Shown: in pieces, positions 39,775-50,238 of the stretch | Position numbering within the stretch: the stretch's first letter is position 1 | Layout: each line of letters begins with the position of its first letter | DNA from: the human T2T-CHM13v2.0 reference genome, Homo sapiens | Strand: one strand, 5' to 3' | DNA: 64,000 bases | NCBI RefSeq assembly: GCF_009914755.1 | Contig: NC_060926.1 | The notes under the pieces: model-generated | Told to the model about the DNA's origin: nothing | The model's database searches: none | Seen by the model: only the letters and a program-made list of their open reading frames with translations | Program-made: the position numbers and the translations under genes

Positions 39775-40353
39775 TGTATCTGTCAGCATTCAATAAGAAA
39801 AGCAGAATCATTAGGAGGCATATGCGCATGTAAAAAGGAACTTGTTACAGGAACTTGAACTTCATAGATTATGGGAATTGGTTGAGCAGGCTCTGTAAGC
39901 CTTTAGCCTTTGTAGCTGGTGCCAGACCTTGAAGTCTACAGCACAGGCAGATGGGATGGAAGGTGGTGTGAAGCGGAGGACAGCAGGGAGAAACTGAAAT
40001 CCATGAGAATGTGCTGAAGTCCATCAGATTGCTTCTGACCTTGATGGTTGGGGTCCTACAGGACAAGTTAAACCCTTTATCATAGAGCCAAATACACATC
40101 GGGCCAGGGAGTGAGAGAAACTGAGGGAGGATTCAGGGAGAGGTGTCACAGTTTCAGTTCCATCTGTTGCCCCAGGCCAATGAGGTAGCCATCAGATAAG
40201 GTAATACGCATCATGTACCAAATGGCTGCTGTCTCACTTCTGCCACCAGATCTTGCAAGGAAGGTCTCTCGTGACCCAACAGAACCAGAAACACACAAAG
40301 AAGGGAGTTCTGCAAACAGTAGTCCAGCCTAGTCAAGTGACAAAGCCTCCACA
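39775..40353 (-). mobile_element. MLT2F-like ERVL solo LTR
   Basis: Reverse complement starts TGTGGAGGCTTTGTCACTTGACTAGGCTGGACTAC and ends TGCTGACAGATACA; subfamily from recall. Confidence 0.75.
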
Positions 40354-40549
40354 AAATAGATTTGTGATTTTATGAAACGATAGTTCTCAAACACATATAG
40401 GAAGAAAAAACCTCCCTTTTGTAAGTCTTTGAAACTATCAGTGTTTTAATAACAATGAAACCCTATTACAAATGATTAGTGTTGTAATAATGAATGCCTG
40501 GGCATAGAGAAGCAGATGCAATTCCACTTTCTCTTCATTCCTTGGAAAG

Positions 40550-40740
40550 AAGCTAGAGGATCATAGCATATGAATCTAAGGCACTAGGGGTCACTTAGTC
40601 TGTATTCTGTGTTTTATTGATGAAAAATCTCAGGCCTGGCAACATTTCATATTTTGTCCAAGGTTACACTCCTACATGTTTGTACCTCTCAGGATAGAGC
40701 TCAAAAGTCCTGAATACCAATCCTGAGTTCTTTCTATTTA
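40550..40740 (-). mobile_element. MIR/MIR3 fragment
   Basis: GGATCATAG..TTTTATTGATGAAAAATCTCAGGCCT..TTGTCCAAGGTTACAC. Confidence 0.6.
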
Positions 40741-42059
40741 TTATCTCATTCCTATGCTCCAGAAACACAGGGCGGGTTTTGTCTTTTGTGGAAGAGGCTG
40801 GGCCTGCCTTACGTAACTAAGGACTCGTATTCACAAAAAGGCTGCTGCAAAGGGAAACGTGGCTTTGGGAAGCAGTTAATGGCCATTATCTTCCAAGTCT
40901 TTCCCTGAGCCAGGGGCTTGCTGTGTTGCAGTCCTGGTGTTCCTGGAGCCTTCGAGAGAGATGGGATGGTCCAGGGAAGAGGAGACAGAATCACTCTTTT
41001 AGAGGTACAGAAGGCTCAGCCTGCCTGCATCCACAGGCCCAGAATTTTGGCCCCAAGTCCTAAGTTAAATCAGGGCTGTGGGCTTGCTGTGGACTGACAC
41101 AGATGGGTAGGAAGTGGGAGCACAGTAGCGACCACTGGCAAAACATACTATCCTGTGTAGACTGCAACAGGTGGAGACCCCTTGAATAAATGTATTACAA
41201 ACCAGTAATGTGGAAAAGTTTTTTATTTCAATTCACAAAGAGAATCTCCACAGAGTACATGTTGATTCATTTTTCCCAGTGTGATATTTTGGTTTTATTG
41301 GTATTTACCATGACTATTGACTTGACTTGTACAACTATGGACTTTTGCAACTCCCTTAGTACATACGCACATAGGCTAAAACATTAACTTAAATCAACAG
41401 ATATAAAATGCACAGGATGGCAGAAACTACCTGAGTTTAGTCAACTTCAGAGGCGAGGCCACCCACCCACCCACCCTGAAGCTTGTAAAGTCTTTCTGGC
41501 TGCAGGAAGTCAAGATGTCTGGGGTGTGTGTTGGAGGAGTCACTGTATCATCCCTTGAGTCATTGTATCACCCCTGAGTCATTGTGTCCACTGTCTCACA
41601 TCTCGGACTTGGGAGCCTTGAGCTGAATATATTTACCATCTTAACTGTCATGAAGAATCGTAAAAGTGGAGGATCTTAGTCTAGAAAGTATGCGGTCAGC
41701 CAGGAATCTCAGCTAACGTAAACAAGGGGCCCTGTTTCTCAAGCGAACATTCTTCATTGTAAGGAAATTATTGCCCACAAACTAACCTGTAAAGTGAATT
41801 AATGCAGAAGTAACCACTTCAGGTTGATAAGGAGAAGGCCTAATTATAAATTGTCTGTTCTGTACAAAGTAGTTTTCTGGAGTCTTACTGACAAAAAATC
41901 CAAACTCCCATAAACGTGTCCATAGCTCCTTATTGATTTGTGCTGCGTTCCCAGGTGGGATGCTGAGACACCTTTTGAAATATCCACATTCATTCAACTG
42001 AGCATCAATTACAACTAAGAATATACCTAGCAAGGTGCTTGTTAAGTTTTAGGCTATAT

Positions 42060-42480
42060 TTGGGGGCCATGGATTATACATTTCATTCAGGCAAAGTGAA
42101 GGAGCCTGAAAGGAATATCTACAGAGGATTCAACATGCTAACAAAGGAGCAGCTGGAGAAATGGGAGATTTAACCAAATTTGGGCAGAGTGAACATTGAA
42201 CCAGTCTTTAAAAATTTAGAGATCTATTACATGGAAAAGGAGTCAATTTCATTGATAGCCTCAGGAAACAGAGTTAGAGCCATGGGTTAGGAGTCTTTGG
42301 AAGACAAATGTCAGCTCAGTATGATGGAGCAGTACTTTATATGCAGAATTGTTCAAAGAACAAGGTTCATGGAGAATGGGTGAGTTCCCATCATAGGACA
42401 GGCACTGCATCAGGCATGGTTCTTAGATTGCCATTAATAGAAACAGTCTCTGAAAATATATATAGGTTGGATTTCAAGTA
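42060..42480 (+). mobile_element. L3/CR1 LINE 3' fragment
   Basis: CAGTCTTTAAAAATTTAGA..CATGGAAAAGG..CAGAGTTAGAGCCATGGG..TCAGCTCAGTATG..GTGAGTTCCCATCA resembles the L3 3' end. Confidence 0.55.
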
Positions 42481-42519
42481 CCCCAGAATACCAAAAAAAA
42501 AAAAAAAAAAAAAAAAAGC

Positions 42520-42820
42520 TAAAGAACTAGGTCTCAACAGAAACCAGGGCAGCTTCTGGGACCTAGCTAGAAAAAAAACGAATGGGGTATCTTTTCAGAA
42601 TGTCACCTTTGGGTTGAATGTCTTTCTCAACTCAGTTTCTGATTCCAAGTTAAGCACAGGCATCTGATTGGTACAGTTTGCATCATATAGTTCACTTTGT
42701 CTTATGCAAGGTCAGTGAGAGCCATGTGTGCAGTTGTGCACTGCACAGCTCCAGGGATTGCTATTCCCATGTGTGGAAAGGGCTGGTTCCCAATACCAAA
42801 ATGAATGCTGGGAGGTAAGA
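42520..42820 (-). mobile_element. Old MLT1 (L/M-type) fragment containing a MER91-like hAT fragment (about 42718-42770)
   Basis: GCATCTGATTGG..; TGTGCAGTTGTGCACTGCACAGCTCCAGGG. Confidence 0.45.
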
Positions 42821-44643
42821 ACCACAAATAAAAAGAGGGAGAGTCATCATTTGTCAGGAAGATTGCAGAAGGCATCCAACAAGGAGTGGTTTATTTAGGA
42901 GGCCTTTCCACCCTGAAAGAGGATTCCAGGCATTAGGTTCTTTAACCATTTACTAACGTTGAGTAAGACATGAATTAATGTCTTACCCAGAATCATGTTT
43001 TGTTGTTTTGTTTTCATATTAAGTTGAAGGTAGAATCATATATTTTTGTGTGTTGAAACCCATTCCAGTCATCAGCAATTCTTTTGTCCAATTTTGTCAT
43101 TTCAATAGTCTTTCTAAATTCCCACCCTTCTGTCATTCACCTTTGCCTCCTTTGGGAATATTGTTTAGTTGCACAGTTAACAGGCTAACTGTCCAGCCAA
43201 CACTCAGTTACTGTTTTGATATTTTTTTGCCCAAATATACACAAATCTCCACACATATAAAATACCTAAAATTATTTTTCTATGCTCTGAGCTGCATTGT
43301 CAAGTAGTTTTAACTGCAGTTTAGTCATTTTCTATCTTTGAGTTGATACTCCATGTCAGCACCTTGTGAATTATTGCTGAGTAGGACTTCAAAGAAGTAA
43401 GGAATTGTGCTGAACTGGCAAAAACTGACAAGTAATCTGCAGTCCCACAGAGTAGTTGAACAGTAAATTCCCCAAGCAACACTTAGCCCCACACTGCTGG
43501 CTAAGTGCTAGAATCAAGCTCAGTTTTCACTGTGAACTTTGCCAACAAATATACTGTTTTACTAAAAGTTTTTTAAGTTGTCTCTTGTGCATTTAAATTT
43601 TATTGGTGAGAGATTGAAAACTTTGCCAAGTATGTAATTGTGGCATTGTATGTTGTGAAATATAACAATTTTTTCCTCTAAGAGCTTTATTGAGATATAG
43701 TTTATGTACCATAAATTCATAAATTTCAATATACCATCAATTTTATGTAAGTTTTCAAAGTTGAACAGTCACTGTCACAATCCCCCCACCAAAAACAAAA
43801 ACAAAAACAAAAAACTAAATCAAATTAAATATAACAAAACAACAACCAAAAAAACCTGTTTGTTTTTTAAATTTCCTCCAGTTGAATTGATCCTTGCTAA
43901 TCAAAGAATTGGAGTATGTTCCTTTTGCCAGATGAAAGCAGATACATATTAAAATATATTAAATTACATAAACTCTCCTCTTCAATTAAATTCAACAATC
44001 AAATAATTTTATTATATAGTATTCTGCAAGACTTGGCTTCCAGACCACTGACAGATTGTTCAGTAATTATCTGGATTTTTCTCTAATTCTTGTAAGTATG
44101 CTTATTTTTTTTAACTTCAGTTTGGTCTGCCTCTGAAAGGAACATCTGTGGTGACTTTTAAATATCTTAGAACAGTATTCTTTCCATGCTGACACATGTG
44201 GAGCTCATATAGTGTCTATACAACATCCTAGGGTTCATTTTTAAGACCTTTGCCAGGGTACACAGATAAAAGAATTGGCAGGGAGCCATAGTTTTGCCTC
44301 TCGACACAAGCAAGATTGGAACCAATTCACAGATCAAAGAGAGAGAGAAGAAAGAAAACTGGCTAAGATTCCATTTTGAACTACCCACCTCTGAATAATA
44401 AATAGCAACTTCCTCCATTCTAGATCATTGACTATCTATGAAAATATTTAAAAGAGATAATTAAAATGAAATAGGCATGCTTTACCACGGAATAATATGG
44501 TTTCCCCTTGGTCTTATGTATTTTCTTCCCTTGGGATCCTCAAAGACCTTCATCCATGTTGAACTGGGTCCTATAAAAATAGACAAGAAAATCTAAAAAC
44601 CCTGAAGGGTTTGTTTATTGTTTATATTGAGACGTTAAGTAAT

Positions 44644-44676
<33 letters not shown>

Positions 44677-44688
44677 TTGTGTGTGCAT
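44644..44688. repeat. (TG)n(CG)3(TG)n alternating purine-pyrimidine tract
   Basis: 33 bp uninterrupted alternation at 44644-44676. Confidence 0.9.
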
Positions 44689-44812
44689 GAGACTATCAAC
44701 AAACAAAGAAAGGAGTGACAATTACAGAATTCAGAACAGTTGGGGAATCAGGAAGATGATAGGAGATGATAGCAATGGTATTTGTTAGTTCTTCTTATGT
44801 AGGATTTTTATT

Positions 44813-45196
<384 letters not shown>

Positions 45197-45234
45197 TAAA
45201 AAAAGAATAATACTTCAGAATAATACCTTATAAT

Positions 45235-45610
45235 TGTATTAGTCTGTTCTCACACTGCTATAAAGACATTTCTGAGACTGGGTAATTTATGAAAAAAGAG
45301 GTTTAATTGACTCACAGTTCTGCAGGCTGTATAGAAAGTATGGCTGGGGAGGACTCAAGAAACTTGCAATCGTGGTAGAAGATGAAGGGGAAGCAGTCAC
45401 ATATTCACTTGGCTGGTAGGAGAAAGAGAGAGAATGGGGAGGTGCTACATGCTGTCAAGCAACCAGATCTTGTGAGAACTCAATCATGAGAATAGCAAAG
45501 GGTAAGTCCGCCCCCTTGATTCAATCACTTCCCACCAGGCTCCTCCTCCAATACTGGGAATTACAATTCAACATGATATTGGAGTAGGGACACAGAGCCA
45601 AACTATATCA
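45235..45610 (-). mobile_element. MSTA/THE1D-type MaLR solo LTR
   Basis: TGTATTAGTCTGTTCTCACACTGCTATAAAG..GAGCCAAACTATATCA. Confidence 0.93.
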
Positions 45611-46239
45611 ATGACCAACTAGCATTTATCCAAGGAATACATAAATGGTTTAACATTAGGACACTGATTTATGAGAATTAATTATTTATTGAAAAATAAA
45701 GCTAAAACGTGATTATCTTAACTGACGCCAAAAAAACAATTAATCGAACTCTAGCATTTCTGATAAAATACTTACTAAATCTTATAAAAGGTAATTTCCT
45801 TAACTTCATGAAGATTGTCTACTAGAAAGCTATGGGAAACATCATATTTACAGTAGAACATCAGTCATTCCTGTTTGAGCCTGGAATAAGAAAAGCTGCC
45901 CACTGTCACTATTTTAATGGAAGGTGCAAAAAAGGAAGGAATAATAATGCTGGAAAAAAGAAAAATTGGCATTGTTTGCAGAAAATCTATGGTCTATCAA
46001 GAAATTGGAAAAGGAAATACTGAAAATTTTCAGCAAGATGGCTGAATCAAAGGTCAATATTCAGAAACCAATAGCTTTTCTATACTAATAACCAATTTAA
46101 AATATGATAGAAAACGCATCCTTTTCACATAGAAGCATGGAAACCTACATAACAACTTTAAAAACTTAGTTGAAAGACCAAAATTAAGGTGACAAAATTA
46201 AGAGACATAGTATGTTTCTGAATATAAATACTCAATATT

Positions 46240-47290
46240 TGTTTATTCAACAAATATTTATTAAGCTCATACTATAAACTAGACATTTTAGTACATACTG
46301 AAGACAACACAAGAAAAAGTAATTCCTGCAATAAGGGACTGACAGACATTAAACACAGAAGTAAAAATACATAGTATGTCACATGATGATGAGTATTTTG
46401 GAAGAAAAATAATGCTGTAAAAATGGATTGGGGGTTCTGGATGCGTAGGGTGGGAATGCCATTTAAATATTAATAGAATGTTCATCAAGGTACTCATGAG
46501 GGAGGACGTATTTTAGATCATTAGCTTTCAAGAGGAAGAGTGTGCAGGGCAGGCAAGTGTCTGGTGAGTTGTGCATCAGAGAACAATGAGCTTGTGAATG
46601 GGCAGGGGAGGAAGGTGACCTGTGGGGCTGTAGAGCCCTGGAAAGACTCTGGGCCCTTGGCTTCTCTGCCTGAGGAATGGGAAGTCACTCACTGATGGAC
46701 TGCCAGTAGAGGAGGCAGTCCACTTGCATTTTAAGAGGGCCATGCTGGTAACTAAACTGAGGAATGACTCAAAGAAGGAATTTATTTTTATTTATTTATT
46801 TATTTAACATTCTTTTTTTTAAATTATACTTTAAGTTTTAGGGTACATGTGCACAACGTGCAGGTTAGTTACATATGTATACATGTGCCCTGTTGGTGTG
46901 CTGCACCCATTAACTCGTCATTTAACGTTAGGTATATCTCCTAATGCTATCCATCCCCGCTACCTCCACCCTACAACAGGCCCCGGTGTGTGATGTTCCC
47001 CTTCCTGTGTCCAAGTGTTCTCATCGTTCAGTTCCCACCTATGAGTGAGAACATGCGGTGTTTGGTTTTTTAATAGTGAAAGCAGCAAGGTTCTTCAGGA
47101 TGCAGGGTGGGAGGGAACTTTCTGAGAAATGGTCAGACTTTGGATGGATTTTAAAAGAGGGCTAAGAGAAGTTACTGATGGTTTGGATATGGTGTAGGCA
47201 AAACAAGGACTAATCAGGGATGAACATGATGATATTTATCCTCAGCAAATAGAAGGCAAAGTTGTCATTTACAAAGGGCCAAACTATGGT
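46240..47290 (-). mobile_element. L2a 3' fragment inserted in L1ME and split by L1PA
   Basis: TTTATTCAACAAATATTTATTAAGC..; GAGAAATGGTCAGACTTTGGATGGATTTTAAAAG..CTGATGGTTTGGATATGG..GTTGTCATTTAC. Confidence 0.8.
46781..47070 (-). mobile_element. L1PA3-type 3' end, 5'-truncated, with (TTTA)n tail
   Basis: TTATACTTTAAGTTTTAGGGTACATGTGCAC..GTGTCCAAGTGTTCTC..GAGAACATGCGGTGTTTGGTTTT; no TSD recognised. Confidence 0.95.
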
Positions 47291-49905
47291 AGGGGTGGGA
47301 ATGAGGACGATAAATGGTGTAAGGATGGCAATTCTCCCTAAAATAATCATTAAATGCAATGCAATACCAACCCTAATCCCAACAGAGTCTTTTCATGGAA
47401 TGTAAAAAGCTGACACTGAAATTTATCTGGGAAAAAACGGAATTAGACTATTATCTCACACCATACACATATGAAACATCTGTATAAACTAGAGACAATT
47501 GCAAAATCAAAAGTAGAATCAAATATAAGAAAATATTTTTATAATCTTGCCCTAGGGGCAACATTATTAAATGAGATTAAGAAGATGAAGAAAATTATTA
47601 AAAATGAAATTTCAGTTTAAGGTTAAAGACATAAAAGTGAGTGGAAGAAATTATTTGCAATGGGTATAAGAGGTAATGGATTAATATCCATACATACAAA
47701 TAATGTCTATGCATCAATATAAATAACACAGCAACATCATATAAAAATGGTCTAAGACTATAAAAAGTAATTCACCAATACAGAAATTCTAGTAACAAAG
47801 AAACTTATGAAAAGCCAGTTTTACTTTTAATGGGATTTCTCTTTTAATGGAGAAATGCAAATAAAAGGCAGTTTCATTTTTAATGGGGAAATGCAAATCG
47901 AGTGGTATATGGGTGTTATTGTTTTTTTTCTTTTTTGGATGATAGTGGTAGCAGAGGGAAGAGAGCTACTTGACAAAGTAAAGAATAGATATTCAATGTC
48001 AGCAAGATCATGGGAAAAACAGATCCTTTTCTAGTTTTTTGCTGATTAATTCTTTAAGTTGGAACAGCATTTTTTATTTTGTGAAAGAATGTTTATTTAA
48101 ATTATACTGATCCCTTGACCTAGAGACTCAAGAGAACACATTCCTGAGAAATATTCAGGCATATTCACTAATATTGCTGTGTAAAGATATCCTCTGCTAC
48201 AAATACTTAGATAAAAGTCTATAAACATCAAAGTGATAGTGGCAGTTACCTCCCGGAGGCACGGACCTGTCCAGGAGTGGCAGGTCTCTGAAGGGAGTTT
48301 GAAGGTTCTTGTCTCTTTTGCTTTTTACTCCATGTCCCACTGTGTTTGGTTGTTGTTGGTGGTGGTGATAAGGGGAATACTATAATTATAATAAAAAGTA
48401 TTAGTAGATAAGGAGATATGTATGAGAATATTAATTGTGATATTAAAATGAAACATTTAAATGAAGCAACAGTAAATGGTCTAGATGCCCAACAACAGTG
48501 GAATAATCAGATACATTATGCTTTATTACTATCATGCAATGTTTGGCAACTATCTTTCTAAAGTAACATAAGGATACCTAGAAAGTTATTTATAACATAT
48601 TGTTCATATATTAAATATAAATTAAAGAGTTTATATGTTGTATATAAAAGTCTACATGAGTAATTTGTAAAATCAATTTAATGACTTAAACCTACATAGT
48701 TTTGTTTCCTTAAATCTTGATTTATATTGCTTAAACCATTAATTTGACTGTCACTTTATTTAGTAGATATTAATATTTTAATAATGACATTTTATCTTAT
48801 TTTACGGGAATTCTATGTTATGCAAACTGTGCCAATTATTCACCCCTGAGGAAATCCTGAGACATGCATGTGACATTGTCAGAAGCATTGTGATTTGGCT
48901 AATGGAAACTTCCTAAATTAGAAAGATAGTTCTAAGAATAAAATAGAGTTTATATAAGATTGGCCCTGCAAACCCAAGGTCATGAGCAATCAGTTAAATA
49001 AAGCAAGGATGTATGTTGCAAATATCATAATGGCCTCAGCAGAATGGCTGAAAGTTTAAAAAGAGCTTTTGTAATGCTAGAGATAAGCTCTAGTCACCTG
49101 ATAATTTACCCCTTCTCTGACAATAGCAACTCAATGCTATTGTTTTATATGGACTACTTTTCCTTTGTGGAGAAAGAACTGTATCAGGAAACAAACAAAC
49201 AAACAAACAAAAACTATTGTATTGATCTTAGCAGAGGAAGAACAAAATTTTTAAATTTAGAAAATATACCTGGCTATATAATTTTATAATAATTGATTCA
49301 ACCAAGTAATGCTCACTAACATCATGTTTTTATTTGCAGTGTTGGACACACATATGAGTGAGGAACAAAGGAAAATTAAAAAAATGTAAAAGCTGAAATT
49401 CTCATTATAATTTAAATTTTTCTGAAAAAAGTTGCTCTCAAATATTATACATATTTGAAAGTTATAATTACTTAATATTGTGACTCCTTAAAACACAGTA
49501 GTAATTTTAAGATGTGGTGACAGATTTTTAAAGCAATGTCTTTAGTTAGGTCCACAAAATAAATATTTGTTGAAAATCTGCCATGCGTAAATAAGTTTTC
49601 TGAATTCAACTTTATGCATTCAGAGGGAAAACTTTTAAAAAATGTTACATTGTTTTCAAAAAGTTTGTAAACACAGTGCAGAGATGTGGATCTGTTGTTA
49701 CCTCAGTCTACATTTTGAAGTGCTTTTCTGAGTTAGTGACTCTTTGCTGCGAATTTGATTCTGCTGTTTAAACTTCCAATTTTGGGTTATAACAAGGTCC
49801 CTGGAAGTAAACCAATATCAATCACTCCAATATTGGTAGATATCCTGGAAATATTTGACATATTTAGACCCACAAGATGTTAGTCCCTAAAAATTGTACT
49901 TTCTT

Positions 49906-50238
49906 TTATTTTTATTTTTATTTTATTTTATAATTATTATATTTTAAGTTTTAGGGTACATGTGCACAACGTGCAGGTTTGTTACATAGGTATACATGTG
50001 CCATGTTAGTGTGCTGCACCCATTAACTCGTCATTTTGCATTAGGTATATCTCCTAATGCTATCCCTCCCCCCTACCCCACCCCACAACAGTCCCCGGTG
50101 TGTGATGTTCCCCTTCTTGTGTCCATGTGTTCTTATTGTTCAATTCCCACCTACGAGTGAGAACATGCAGTGTTTGGTTTTTTGTCCTTGCGATAGTTTG
50201 CTGAGAATGATGGTTTCCAGCTTCTTCCATGTCCCTAC
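49906..50238 (-). mobile_element. L1PA4-type 3' end, 5'-truncated
   Basis: TTTAAGTTTTAGGGTACATGTG..GCTGAGAATGATGGTTTCCAGC..CATGTCCCTAC; TSD TACTTTCTT at 49897-49905 and 50236-50244; TTCTT/AA endonuclease-type site. Confidence 0.95.

Larger units (their letters stand above)
45615..48620 (+). mobile_element. Ancient L1ME-type ORF2/3' relic split by an L2
   Basis: CATTTATCCAAGGAATAC..TGGTTTAACATTAGG; CTCAATATT | GTAAGGATGGCAATTCTCCC..TGCAATACCAA; GGAAATGCAAAT; ends approximate. Confidence 0.7.

Noticed and set aside
42493-42517. Orphan A25 tract as an extremely truncated retro-insertion
   Set aside because: There is no TSD or attached element, so slippage expansion is sufficient.
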